Source: Leucoraja erinacea
Taxonomy: Eukaryota
Length of the DNA stretch: 64,000 nt
NCBI RefSeq assembly: GCF_028641065.1
Contig: NC_073384.1
Coordinates: 20,460,001-20,524,000 of the forward strand
Direction: 5' to 3'
Notes under the pieces: generated by a model
Database searches by the model: none
Told to the model about the DNA's origin: nothing
Seen by the model: only the letters and a program-made list of their open reading frames with translations
Translations under genes and position numbers: made by a program
In this document: piece after piece, positions 47,644 to 60,409 of the stretch
How the letters are laid out: each line of letters starts with the position of its first letter
How positions within the stretch are numbered: position 1 is the first letter of the stretch

Positions 47644-47907
47644 ATTGGCACAGCTGGTGGAGCCACTGCTCATGGGCAGTGTGTATGGCGTTTGTATTGG
47701 TTTCCTCCGGATGTTCTGGTTTCCTCCTACATTGAAAAGACAGGCAGGTTGGTTTGGTTAATTGGCCACGGTAAATTGTGCCCAGTGTGTAAGCGTGTGT
47801 CAGGGGGGGAGTTGATGACATGAGGACCCTCTTACCCTCCATCTCTCTCACTACTAAATTTCTCTCCCCCTCTCTCTATGTATCCATTCTCTGTTTCCCC
47901 ATACATT

Positions 47908-48793
47908 AGAAACATGGAAAATAGGTGCAGGAGGAGACCATTCGGCCCTTCGAGCCAGCATCGCCATTCATTGTGATCATGGCTGATCGTCCCCAATCAA
48001 TAACCCGTGCCTGCCTTCTCCCCATATCCCTTGACTTCACTAGCCCCTAGAACTCTATCTAACTCTCTCTTAAATCCATCCAGTGATTTGGCCTCCATTG
48101 CCCTCTGTGGCAGGGAATTCCACAAATTCACAACTCAATGGGTGAAAAAGTTTTTTCTCACCTCAGTCTTAAATGGCCTCCCTTTTATTCTAAGACTGTG
48201 GCCCCTAGTTCTGGACTCGCCCAACATTGGGAACATTTTTCCTGCATCTAGCTTGTCCAGTCCTTTTATAATTATATATATTTCTATGAGATACCCCCTC
48301 ATCCTTCTAAACTCCAGTGAATACAAGCCTAGTCTTTTCAATCTTTCCTCATATGACAGTCCTGCCATCCCAGGGATCAAACTCGTGAACCTACGTTGCA
48401 CTGCCTCAATCACAAGGATGTCTTTCCTCAAATTAGGAGACCAAAACGGTATGCAATACTCCAGATGTGGTCTTACCAGAGCCCTATATAACTGCAGAAG
48501 AACCTCTCTACTCCTATACTGAAATACTCTTGTTATGAAGGCCACCATTCAATTAGCTTCCTTCACTGCCTGCTGTACCTGCACGCCAATTTTCAGTGAT
48601 CGGTGCACAAGGATGCCCAGGTCTCGGTGTACCTCCCCCTTACCTAACCTAACCCCAGTGAGATAATAATCTGCCCCCTTGTTTTTGCCACCGAAGTGGA
48701 TAACATCACATTTATCTATATTATACTGCATCTGCCACGCATCTGCCCACTCACTTAACCTGTCCAGGTCACCCTGCAACCTCCTAACATCCT
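47908..48793 (-). mobile_element. CR1/HER1 LINE 3' fragment (relatively young)
   Basis: LQGDLDRLSEWADAWQM...LYRALVRPHLEYCIPFWSP...GESRTRGHSL. Confidence 0.9.
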
Positions 48794-49488
48794 CTCCCAC
48801 TTTCTATCTCTTTTGCTTTCCCAGCCATCTCTTATTTTCCCTTGCTCGCCCTTCCCTTGATCCTTCTCCCTCTCTCCACTATTCTCATTCTCCCTTTCCC
48901 TTGGTCTTCCCAACAGATTTATTATTTTTCTTTGTTCCTTGTTTTCTGTAACACTCCTTTATTGCCCCATGACTATCTCTCTTTTATCCTTGTCTTTCTC
49001 TCCCTCGCCCTCACTCTGACTCTCTGTCTTCCTTTCTCTTGCTCTCTTGCTCTCACCCTCTCTGTTTTCCTCTCTTGCCTTTCTTTTTCTTACTTTCTCT
49101 CTCTCCACCCAAATTGTCTGCCCTTTCTTAATGCTTCTCTCCTCCCTGCCCCACTCTCTTTCCTCCCCTCTTCACCCTCTTTTCTCTCTCTCTCTCTCCT
49201 CCCTCCATCTCTCTCTCCTTTTCCTATCTCTATTTCTGCCTCTCTCTCCCACTGTATCTTTCTCTGTCCCACGCTCTCTCTCTCTCTCTCTCCCCCACAC
49301 TGTCTCTCTCCTTCCCCACTGTCTCTCTGCTTTTCTCTCTTTCTTTTTATACCTCTCAATCCTCTCCCCAGCTCTCTCCACCATCTCCCCCACTCCCCCC
49401 ATTCCTTTCTCGCTTACTCTCCTCCTTTCTGACCGCCCCCCTTGTCCCTTCTCTCATCCCTCATTTTCTTTTTGCCTCTCTCTTCTCA
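48794..49488. repeat. CT-rich low-complexity tract running into the assembly gap
   Basis: Seen directly. Confidence 0.9.
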
Positions 49489-50414
49489 NNNNNNNNNNNN
49501 NNNNNNNNNNNNNNNNNNNNNNNNNNNNNNNNNNNNNNNNNNNNNNNNNNNNNNNNNNNNNNNNNNNNNNNNNNNNNNNNNNNNNNNNNNNNNNNNNNNN
49601 NNNNNNNNNNNNNNNNNNNNNNNNNNNNNNNNNNNNNNNNNNNNNNNNNNNNNNNNNNNNNNNNNNNNNNNNNNNNNNNNNNNNNNNNNNNNNNNNNNNN
49701 NCTCACCCCCCACTCCATCTCATTCCCCCGGCTCATTCTCGCCCCCCCCCCCCCCCCGCCCCCTCGAGAAGCATCTCCTGGCAGTGCGATGAGTGTGTAT
49801 CCTGGAGCAGATGCTCTTGCCGTGGCCCCCTGGATATGCCGGGCTCGGGTGCAGGGAGCGTGTTGAGTGGAGCATCTGCTCGCGCTGATCCCTGGCAACG
49901 CACAAATCCACTCAGCACACTTTGCCGACAACCCAGCGCTTAGCCCAGCCACTCACCACCTTGAACATGAGCTCTCGCGCTCAGAGACTGGTTGATATTC
50001 AAACACTGCACATCTCGGGCTATCTACTTTTACAGGAGGGCTCTTCAGTATTTTCAACCACTGCCTCCCCAATAGCTCCACCCACCCCATTGCTAACCCC
50101 TGCCCATCTCTGTTCAGTTGGCAGCCTTCGATGCTCAAGATTTATCCCAGAATCTGCCCGGTGCCTGCAGAGTCGCCTCGTGCTGAGTGTAAACATTGCC
50201 CTGCGCCAATGCTTCTGTGATTTAAATTCTACTCAATGCATTTTTGCAGGGGATAATTTTGCAGGTTTGAAAGCCCTTTGTGGCTGTACAAGAGCAGCGT
50301 GGGGTGCTCAGGGGAGATTTTGAGAGGCTCTTCATCTGGGTAGAAGTGTCCAATACAATGGAGCCCAATCTCAAGAGAGCCTAGGATTGGGGCAGAGTGG
50401 AGGCCAGGCAGTCT

Positions 50415-50722
50415 CTGTAGGGTCTGGAACTGAATGTATCATTTCAGGACAGTCCAGAACTGGAGGGACAGTGTCAGGGGTATCTAGAACTGGATGCAAC
50501 CCCTTGGGAGGGTCTAGAATTGGGTCTTAGACTTGGGAGGAGTCTAGAACTAGAAGTGGGTTAAATCACAGGGGCATCTAGTATTATGGATAGTGTTGAG
50601 GGAGTCTAGAACTAGAAGCATTATTTCAGGGTGGTCTAGAATTGGGTTACTGTCATGTAGAACTGGAAGCACTATCCTGGTCTCAATCTAGAACTTGGGG
50701 GTCAATCTCAGAAGAGTCCAGG
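50415..50722. repeat. Degenerate minisatellite of about 30 bp (about 10 units, core gtctagaactgg)
   Basis: Core variants at about 50421, 50451, 50481, 50511, 50541, 50574, 50603, 50633, 50656 and 50686. Confidence 0.8.
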
Positions 50723-51161
50723 TTTGGCTTCAGAGTTCTCATCCATCATCACCATTACAGGTTATGGGTTACTCCAGCATTTTGTATATCCGTGTTGGAA
50801 ACCGGCATCAGTAATTCCTTTTATCTCCTAGCTTTAGTGCTCTATTGTGGAAATAATTCCCGCCGCATTCCGCAGTTACACTTGGTTGTCTGGGAAATGT
50901 GGTGAGGTGTCCTGAGGAGGCGATGGGTGCTACCGGAATACAGGTCTTGCTTTCTGCCGCCTACCTGAGTAACCTAACGTGACACCAGTCATCTCCACTG
51001 CCGCCCACCTGTAATAGCGTCCGTCACTCCACCCACAAAATGCAAATCTCTGACAGATAAAGGATTAGTCTTGAAACTGAAATACAATGCAGATGAACAA
51101 GTTAAGTACTGGCGCCTCTGCGTCTTATGCACAAACAGTGGTGTTATTTCAAGGGAGCAAT

Positions 51162-51428
51162 GGTGTGGTGTTAACCACCAGGCAGATACGTTCACTCATT
51201 GACAGATCAGCTTCTACACCATTAATACACAGATATGGCAGCAATTAAACAATAGCCTTGCTGGGCAGGGTGGTGGAGATGGGTTGGGAGAGATTACAGG
51301 TGTGGTGTTAACCACACGGCAATACGTTCACTCATTGATAGATCAGCTTCTACACCATTAATACACAGATATGGCAGCAATTAAACAATAGCCTTGCTGG
51401 GCAGGGTGGTGGCGATGGGTTGGGAGAG
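51162..51428. repeat. Tandem duplication with a period of about 137 bp
   Basis: Two near-identical copies starting ggtgtggtgttaaccac at 51162 and 51299. Confidence 0.9.
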
Positions 51429-51481
51429 CTGGACCTCATTGATTAAGGTTGGCGGATGGAGGGGGGTCTCCTTGGATTGTG

Positions 51482-51484
51482 TGT

Positions 51485-51564
<80 letters not shown>

Positions 51565-51566
51565 GA
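51482..51566. repeat. (GA)n(CAGA)n microsatellite
   Basis: Seen directly. Confidence 0.95.
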
Positions 51567-53324
51567 TTGTTTTTGTCCATCTTAGTGACAAGGCGGTGGT
51601 TTATGGAGTGTCTACCAGGCCAGGACAGCTGGTGATGGAATAACAAAGTCACACGCAAGGTTTGCCCTGGAAGCCGTTGATTAATCGTACACCACCGGAC
51701 TCGGGAACAGCTTCCGTTACCAGGCTTCTGAATGGTCCTCCCATAGGCTGGGATACTGTTCCTTTCACCTCTAACCCATTGCAGGCATTGAACTTTGTCT
51801 ATGGAACTGGTGCGCTACGATGCTGAGAACTATACTCTGCCCTCTCTCTGGATCTTCCCCTTTGCTCTACCTGTTGTACTTGAATTTGACATGATTGTAT
51901 GTATGTATAGTATTATCTGTTCTGATTGAAAAGCTTTGTTTTGCACGTTATCCATTGTCTACCTACAATTTATTGTTTGTTGCATATTTAGTTGTTGTGT
52001 CACCATGCCTGTGAAGCTGCAGTAAGTAAGACTTTAACTGTTCCGTTCCTGGTTCATGTATGACAACTAAGTACTCTTCATATGGTAACCAGACCTCCAT
52101 CGTACTGTAATTAATAGCATCAAAAGCACAGACGTTGCTAAGAACAAACACTTAATAAAAATTGAAGACAGAGAGGAAACTAGTTCTGCTGTTCATGGGA
52201 TACATGTGTACGCCAGAATTAAATGTATTAATTTCACGAGCGCAGAGGTATCTATGAGTCGAGCATTTCTAACCCGGAGCCAGCCTGTTGAGTAAACAGG
52301 AGAATATCAAGGAGCGCAGAGAGGAACAGACATCTACCGGAGCATACATCTACATATCCTTAAATGTAACAAACAGCTTAATTATAGTCATAGCCATACA
52401 TGCAGCATGGAAACAAGCCCATTGGCCCAACTTGCCTGCATCGACCATCATGTCCCATCCAGCCTGTGTTTGGCCCATAACCCTCTAAATCTATCCTATC
52501 CATTTACCTGTCTAAATGTTTCTTAAACGTTGTTATCGTACCTGCCTCAACTACTTCCTCTGGCAGCTAGTTCCAGATACCTACCACCATTTGTGTAAAA
52601 AGGTCACCCCTCAGGTTCCTATTAAATTTTTCCTCCCTCACCTTAAATCTATGCCCTCTGGGTTCTCAATTCCCCTACACTGGGCAAGAGACCGGGCAGT
52701 GTGTTTACCTGATCTATTCCTCTCACGCTATTGTACACATGTATAAAATCACCCCAATTAGGTGGTCAAAAAGGCAGTGAGAAATGGGTCCTTATTCATC
52801 TATTATGCAATTGTAGCAAGAATGCTCCTATTTTTAAATGAAAACAGCACACTATGGAAACACTCAGCCATTCAGGCAGATTCTGTGAAAAGAGAAACTG
52901 TTAATCTTTCCAGTTTAAGACCTTCCATCCAAACTGGAAACTAGAGAAACCATTTCTCTCCCCACAAATACTTCCTGACCTGCAAAGTATTTCCAGCATT
53001 TTGTTTCAGATTTCCAGAAACTGCTGTTTTTCATTTTCATTCATTAATTTTATACAACGTTTCTCTTTAGGATAAAGATCAATGGTCCTTCTTTTTCCTG
53101 TATGAAGGCATTCTTTCACAGCAACATTTGAAAGCAAACACCCACAATACTGGTCTGTTATTGAGGAACAAACATGGGCCAGGACGTTAGATAATACTCC
53201 ACTTGGATGTTACATGTGAGAAAGGAGTTAGACTAAAGATAGGCCAGCCTCTCTGATAATGCGAACTGGTGCGTCAAACTGAGTCCCTAGTTTGGATCTC
53301 CGGATGTTGTATTCCATATCCTTT

Positions 53325-53712
53325 ACTTTAGAGTTACAGCATGGGATTAGGCCCTTCGGCCCACCGGGTCCATGCTGACCCACGATCACCCTGTACTAGC
53401 ACTCTCCTACACACTAGGGTCTGAAGAAGGGTTTTGGCCTGAAATGTTGCCTATTTCCTTCGCTCCATAGATGCTGCTGCACCCACTGAGTTTCTCCAGC
53501 TTTTTTGTGAACCTAGGGACAAATTACAATTTTACTGAAGCCAATTAACCTACAAACCTGTACATAGTTGGAGTGTGGGAAGAAACCGGAGCACCCAAAG
53601 AAAACTCACGCGGTCACAGGGAGAATGTACAAACACTGTACAGACCGCACCTCTGGTCAGAATCGAACCCGGGTATCTGCTGCTGTAAGGCAGCAATTCT
53701 ACCACTGCACCA
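53325..53712 (-). mobile_element. HE1-like V-SINE interrupted by a Penelope-derived segment (53420-53512, +)
   Basis: Insert starts tctgaagaagggttttggcctgaaatg and is flanked by the direct repeat ctaggg (53414-53419, 53513-53518). Confidence 0.8.
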
Positions 53713-54671
53713 CTCGATTCCTTAAACTGTAGAGAGTAGCACAGGTTAAAAGTCCAAAGGTTAGGTAGGTAAGCACAAAAAATAACTGAAGTGTTTGTAC
53801 TTTCAACTATTACACATTATAACTCATGTTGAATTTATTGTCAAATGCCCAAGTACGGTGAAGTGCATGTACAATGAAAATCTTGCTTTTAGCAACATTG
53901 CATTTAAATAGACAGAGGCACACAAAAACATGAATTTTACAAAGCAGTGAAAAGAAAAAGCTGTGTAAAAAACAAGACGTGCAAAAATACACAATTAGAA
54001 ATGTCTATGGTAGTGAAAGAGGTGGTGTCCAGTTTTCTGTTGTTAAGGTAGGATTAAAGTATCTCTGTCCCGGAACCTGGTGATGCAGGGCTTCATGTTG
54101 CTGTACCTTCTGCAGCAAGAAAAAGCCATGTGCCGAATTGTGCAGGACACCATAATATTGGTGCCTGATTCGCAAAGTTACTCCAGAATTTTGTGTTGAT
54201 CTTCACCATTATATTATCCAGGGCACTATTAATAATTATTTTACAGATATGCCATAGACCTTTATCAGTCCCTTTTGCAGAGCCGATGGTGGCTTGATTT
54301 GTCACCTCCCGATAATGCGGCACGCAATCTTTCAGTATTGCAGGGGCGTTTAAAAGCATAGGATTCACGCTCATTTCCCAGGAGTGCAACTTGAACCCAT
54401 CATCCTGTGACTCAAGGTGTGAGTGCTACCCACTGGCGATAATCCACTCTGTGTGTCACACGTTACAAAGCTCCCGATCTCGTGAAACAGGCTCACTGTG
54501 AGTCCAGCCGCAGGAGGTTTGTGTTGGAACCATGGAGTGTTTTCTTAAGGTTTGCTGCTTTTATACACAGCGAGGGTCAACCTCCTTCACATCGTGTGGC
54601 GCCGCTCGTTAGCCGAGGCAACCCCTGGGCTTTGAGAAGCATCTAATTACAGGAACGAACAAATCTACCAC

Positions 54672-54890
54672 AGGTAGACACAAAAAGCTGGAGTAACTCA
54701 ATGCGACAGGAGAGAAGGAATGGGTGACGTTTCGGGTCGAGACCCTTCTTCAGACCCGATGACACCTTCTCCTCCACCCGAAACGTCACCCATTCCTTCT
54801 CTCCAGAGATGCCGCCTGCCCCGCTTTGTTACTCCAGCTTGTTGTGTCTATCTTCGGTTTAAAGCAGCATCTGCAGTTCCTTCCTACACA
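54672..54890. mobile_element. Penelope-derived foldback element
   Basis: gtagacacaaaaagctggagtaac...ggtgacgtttcgggt / acccgaaacgtcacc...ttactccagcttgttgtgtcta. Confidence 0.75.
54720..54757 (-). ncRNA. Minimal type I hammerhead-ribozyme-like motif (best-preserved copy)
   Basis: Minus strand GGGU-CUGAAGA-A-GGGUC(UC)GACCC-GAAA-CG-UC-ACCC: catalytic boxes, stem II, short stem I, palindromic ACGU stem III. Confidence 0.6.
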
Positions 54891-55420
54891 AATCCACTAC
54901 AGACGTCAACTCTGGCAGCACCGGGACATGAATGGTGACGGGACAAGCGAGTTCCGTCTTTTAATAGGTAATATCAAGGAACTGCAGATGCTGGTTTCTA
55001 AATTCATAAGTTCCAGGAGCAGAATTCGGCCATTTGGCCCATCAAAGAAAGCTGGGGAAAGGCTCCCGACCCGAAAACGTCCCGCATTCATTTTCTCCAC
55101 CGATACTGCTTGCCTGACCTGCTGAGTTACTCCAGCGTTTTGTCATAGAGTGATAGTGTGGAAACAGGCCCTTCGGCCCAACTTGCCCACAACCGTGTCC
55201 ATCTTTAGTCTGTTAATAGCTCGTCTCCTTTCTGCAGTTCGCAGTGACCCTCTGCCCACGCTCCGTCATCTGTCTGGTTGATTCGATGCTTCATCCCCAC
55301 ATTGCTATTCTTAAGAAGTAAAATCATCACAATTGACCGGCGCCGCCCCTCAGCAAGTCGACCAACATTCCTTCCCTCCCCTCCTCCCCTCCGCTCAGTG
55401 AGTTCAGATATGGAACAGTA

Positions 55421-55452
55421 CTGAAGACGGGTCCCGACCCGAAACGTCACCC
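55421..55452 (+). ncRNA. Minimal hammerhead-ribozyme-like motif
   Basis: CTGAAGA-C-GGGTC(CC)GACCC-GAAA-CG-TC-ACC. Confidence 0.55.
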
Positions 55453-55859
55453 GTTCCTTCTCTCTAGAAGCCTGTTCTGCTGAGTGTCTAGCTCCTGATT
55501 TTTGTGTCTAACTTCGATTTAAACCAGCATCTGCAGATCCTCCCTACATATGGGAGAGTACGGGACAGGAATAGGCCCTTCGATCCACGATGTATGCGCT
55601 GCACATACAGTTATGCCAATTTAATTTCATCCGCCGGCTCATGATCCATATCCCTTCACTCCCACATATCGGTGAAATCCTGTTTCTTTGCATTGCATTT
55701 GGAGTGTCTCACATTAGAAGTATATTTTGTCCGACATTAGTTTTGTAGTTTTGCATTGTAAGAATTTTTCTTGATAGATGTTCCGTAAAGACCATGTGTG
55801 TAAAGTTGACTGGACTCTACAGTCTTGTTGGCCTGTGGCAGTATGAAGTGCTCTGATCT

Positions 55860-56262
55860 CCATGTGTCTCTGTTTGTTTGTGTGTGTGTGTGTGTGTGTG
55901 TGCTCATGTGTGTTTGTACATGTGTGTATCTGTCATCTGCGTGCGCCCATGAACATGTGTGTGTGTGCGTGTTAGTGTCTTAGTGTGTATCTGCTTGTGT
56001 GTGTCTATGCATACATGCTGTTTGTATGTCACGTGTGTTCATGTCTGTGATCTGCTTGTGCTCTGTATGTGTGCAAGTGCACGTGTGTTTGTGTCCATGT
56101 GTGTGATGGTGTGTGCATATACATGTACTTTTGTGTGAATGCGCTTGTGTGTGTGTCTGTGTGTGCCTTTGTGTGTACATGCTGTGTTTATGTTTGCATA
56201 GCTATGTGTGTGTCTGTGCGTGCGTATACAAGTGCCATTGTGTGAATGTGTCTATGTGTGTG
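55860..56262. repeat. Degenerate (TG)n low-complexity tract
   Basis: Seen directly. Confidence 0.9.
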
Positions 56263-56567
56263 AGGAAGAAAACGTTGATTTCCCTTTGGAAAGCAACCTT
56301 CCCCCAATCACCCATCTGTTAAGTTGGCTGTTGCTTACTTCACGTCACCAGCAGGTGTACTTTAAACAAATTTACACATAATAGAGGGAGAGCTTGCAAT
56401 GTAGAAGATGAAACAGCATCCCGACACTGAAGTGTACCTCGATATTAAAATTGTTTTAAAATCCCTCTCTCCCTGTAGAAACTCTTCCAGCCCCTATAAC
56501 CCTCACTGATGTCCTCCATCCCTATAATTCTGGCCTCAGTAATGCGTTACTTTAATAGTTCAAGAGA

Positions 56568-57187
56568 CAGCACCGTGGCACAGCTAGTAGAGCAACTACG
56601 GGATCGATCCTGACTTCTAATGCTGTCAGTGGAGTTTGCACGTTCTCCCTGGGACTGCGTGGGTTTCCCTCGGGTGCTTTGAACCGTCCCCATCCCACAT
56701 CCCAAAGACACGGGGATTGGCAGGTTGAATGAGCACGCTGATCTTCCCTTAGTGAGTATTAAGAATCTAGAGGGAATTGATGAGAATGTGGACCATACAA
56801 TAGATATTAGGGGAAACTAGAGGAAAGTAGAGAGCTTGGTGAGCTGGTATAGACATGTTGGTTTGGGCTCCTGTGTTGTAAAGAAATTGGGCAGCCTTTA
56901 GTTTAGTGCAGGAAACAGGCCCTGCAGTCCCACCAGGTCAGTGCCGACCAGCGATCCCCGCACCTTAACACCATCTCACACACACTAGGGACAATTTACA
57001 ATTTTACCAAGCCAATTATCCTACATTGCTATACGTCTTTGGAGTGTGGGAGGGAACCCGGAGCTCCCAGAGAAATCCCACGCAGGTCACGGGGAGAATG
57101 TACAAACTCCATACAGGCAGCATCCATAGTCAGGATTGAACCTGGGTTTCTGGCGCTGTAAGGCAGCAATTCTACCAAAGCACCACC
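56568..57187. mobile_element. Tail-to-tail SINE pair: old V-SINE (+, 56568-56880) and HE1-like copy (-, 56897-57187)
   Basis: tRNA-like heads at both outer ends. Confidence 0.7.
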
Positions 57188-57861
57188 GAGCCTCTCGAGA
57201 TCCAAGATCTGGAATCTTCTTCCTAAACTCTTCAGATTCTTGGTTTCTTCTGTATGTCTCCTTCCACGTCATGTTTTTGTCCAAATGTTTTGGTCACCTG
57301 CCTTGTTACCTCATCATGGGTCAACATGACATTGTTTATTGGATGAAGCTGCCCAAAAGCAGACATTCCAGTGCTCTACAGATGGACCGCAAATGTGAAT
57401 TATTATTATGATTTTCTCTTTCTGTTCCTGCTAATCTGTTTTTTAGTTTAAGATAAACAAGAGCACCCTACAGTCAGCTGGGGCTTGAAAATATGTAAAC
57501 ATACTGTAAAATTGATGAATGCAATAAAATATTGCAGCACACCCCTGTTGCATGTTTCAATAATGATTCAAGCCAAGTCAAGTCAAGAGTTTAATTGTAA
57601 TTGATATTTTCAGTCTAACCTGCTTTTGCTGTCACTTATGACAATACCCAAGTCACCATGTGAAGAATTTTGTATTGTCATAGGCACCAGAAATGGAACA
57701 ATGAAATTCGTACTTGCTGCAGAGAACTCTAAGTTTCTCAAACACAACAACCAAAAATACAATAAATAATAATACAATAAATGATCAGTTATGTTGGGTA
57801 ACCAGACCATAGCAGTGCATGCCAAAGTACATACTGCAACGTTAAACAAGGTCCATAATAG

Positions 57862-58060
57862 GACATAAAGTGCTGGAGTAACTCAACAGGCCAGGCAGCA
57901 ACTCTGGAGAACATGGATAGGTGACGTTTTGGGTCAAGACCCTTCTTCAGGGTCCGTGGTGACCTGAAATGTCACCTATTCATGTTCTCCAGAGATGTTG
58001 CCTGACCTTGCCTGAGTTACTCTGACACGTTGTGTCCTTTTGTGTATTAACCAGCATCTC
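57862..58060. mobile_element. Penelope-derived foldback element
   Basis: ctctggagaacatggataggtgacgttttgggtc / gacctgaaatgtcacctattcatgttctccagag. Confidence 0.7.
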
Positions 58061-58454
58061 CCATTCCTTGTTTCTGCAAGGTTTATAGTAGTTTGGCACT
58101 GAAGTAGGGTTGTGGTTAGGACTGTGCAGTGTGGTTCAAGAGCATGATAGTTGATGGGAAGAAGCTGTTCTTGAACTTAGAGGTACCAGTTCTCAAGCAC
58201 TTGCACTTTTATTCCTAATGGTAGCAACGAGATGAGAAGGTGGCCCATTAATGATATTATCTGTCGCCTTTAGGCAGGGATTCCTATAGATCCCTTCCAT
58301 AGTGGGCAGGTCAGTACCCATAATAAACCGAGCAGTGTCCACCACTTTTTGCAAGCTTCTATTTAAAGCACTGCAGTGTAATGTAACTAAGCTTCCTTAC
58401 AACACCTTATATTCTTGTTTTCCACCAACCCTTCTCAGATTCTACCACTAAGGG

Positions 58455-58822
58455 ACATAGAAAGATAGAAATTAGGTGCAGGTGTAGGCCATTCGGCCCT
58501 TCGAGCCTGCACCGCCATTCAATATGATCATGGCTGATCATCCAACTCAGTATCCCGTACCTGCCTTCTCTCCATACCCCCTGATCCCCTTAGCCAGAAG
58601 GGCCACATCTAACTCCCTCTTAAATATAGCCAATGAACTGGCCTCAACTACCCTCTGTGGCAGAGAGTTCCAGAGATTCACCACTCTCTGCGTGAAAAAA
58701 AGTTCTTCTCATCTCGGTTTTTTAAAGGATTTCCCCCTTATCCTTAAGCTGTGACCCCTTGTCCTGGACTTCCCCAACATCGGGAACAATCTTCCTGCAT
58801 CTAGCCTGTCCAACCCCTTAAG
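58455..58822 (-). mobile_element. Young CR1/HER1 3' fragment inserted into an older SINE (58400-59010)
   Basis: Reverse complement of 34288-34670. Confidence 0.85.
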
Positions 58823-59049
58823 ACAATTTACAGCATCCAACTAACCTATCAATCCGCATGTCTGACATGTGGGAGGGAAGTGGAGCATTTGAGGAAGACC
58901 CACATGGTCACAGGGAGCACATGTAAACTCCACACCAACAGCATCTGGAGTCAGCTTCGAACCTGGGTCACTGTAGTTGTGAGGGACAAGTTCGACCAGC
59001 GATGACACGGTTAGTCCTTTTTTGAACAGGATTAGTCAGATTAGATATA

Positions 59050-59325
59050 GTAGGGTCTTGACCCGAAGCGTCACGTCACCCATTCCTTCTCTCCAGAGAT
59101 GCTGCCTGTCCCGCTGAGTTACTCCAGCTATTTGTGTCTACCTTTGATTTAAACCAGCATCTGCAGTTCTTTCCTACACAGATGTAGGGAAGATGTCGAA
59201 ACAAAGAACTGCAGATGCTGGTTTACCAAGGAAAGACACAAAATACTAGGGTAACTCAGCGGGTCAGGCAGCATCCCTGGAGAATATGTATAGGTGACGT
59301 TTTGGGTCGGGACCTTTCGTCAGCG
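59050..59325. mobile_element. Two Penelope-derived elements, tail to tail
   Basis: Plus copy 59052-59180; minus copy 59198-59323, whose core reads ctgacgaaaggtcccgacccaaaacgtcacc. Confidence 0.7.
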
Positions 59326-59529
59326 AGGGAAGATGTTCCCGGTTGGTGGATTATCCAGAATCAAGGGTTGTAGCTTCAGGTTGTAGGGTATATCATTCAG
59401 AAACAGGATGAGGAGCCATTTCTTCAACTAGAAAAAGGTGGGCCAATCGAACTCTTTCCCAAAGTGAATTTCTTTCCCATCGTACAAACCTGCCTCCCCA
59501 CCCACTAATCTACTCCTCCATTTACACTT

Positions 59530-59766
59530 CACGACTATGGGTGCGTGTCTATACAGTGTTTGTACGTTCTCCCCGTGACCTGTGTGGGGTTTCTCCTGGA
59601 TCTGCGCTTTCCTCCCACACTCTAAAGACATGCAGGTTCGTAGGTTAATTGGCTTGGTTAATTGTAATTTGTCCCTAACGGTGTGTGGGATGGTGTTAAT
59701 GTGCAGGTATCGCTGGTCAACGCTGGCTGAAAGGGCCTGTGCTGTGCAAATATTTCAAAACTAAAC
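59530..59766 (+). mobile_element. HE1-like V-SINE (5'-truncated)
   Basis: SINE body; its tail runs into the palindrome. Confidence 0.75.
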
Positions 59767-59914
59767 AGAACTCAATCAATGTAATTTTTTTTTAAAAGCG
59801 GGTATATTTTTCAATGCTGCAGCATCCCTGCAGTATTGAAAAATATACCTACTTTAAAAAAAATTACATTTATCAAGTTATTCTGTTTAGTTTAGTTTAG
59901 CTTTGAAATATTTG
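59747..59914. repeat. AT-rich imperfect palindrome (arms about 75-85 bp, 5-nt loop)
   Basis: ...ggtatatttttcaatgctgcag catcc ctgcagtattgaaaaatatacc...; outer caaatatttcaaa / tttgaaatatttg. Confidence 0.9.
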
Positions 59915-60409
59915 GATACTTTCAAAAGAGAGCTAGATAGGGCTCTTAAAAATAGCGTAGTCAGGGTATATGGGGAGAAGGCAGGAACGGGGTACTGATT
60001 GTGGATGATCACCCATGACCACATTAAATGGTGGTGCTTGCTCGAAGGGCTGAATGGCCAACTCCTGCACCTATTGTCTATTGTCTAATTAACCTACAAA
60101 CCTGTATGTCTTTAGAGTGTGGGAGGAAACCGGAGATCCCGGCGAAAACCCAGGGGAAAGGGAGATGGGTGAATGCAGGAACAGTGTCGAGGTGGTTGAT
60201 CAGTCATGATCCTGTTAAGTGCTGAGGAGGTTTGAAGAACCAAATGGCCTATTCCTTCTCCTATCTCCCATTTTCAATGTAATTAGGGCTGTCAAGTGAT
60301 CAAAAAATTAATCACAATTAGTCTTGTGTATTATTAGAAGACATTGTGATTTAATTGTGGTATTAATCAGATATCAGTATTCAACATGCAAAGATAAAAT
60401 TGTCATCGA

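Noticed and set aside
48842-49952. 196-aa, 298-aa and 163-aa ORFs
   Set aside because: Low-complexity CT tract plus N gap.
50415-50722. CRISPR-like repeat-spacer array
   Set aside because: The core is only about 12 bp and degenerate, the period of about 30 bp is too short, and the context is eukaryotic with no cas genes.
55237-55397. Coding exon between ctcctttctgcAG and CTCA|GTGAGT
   Set aside because: Stop codons occur in all three frames; at most a non-coding exon.
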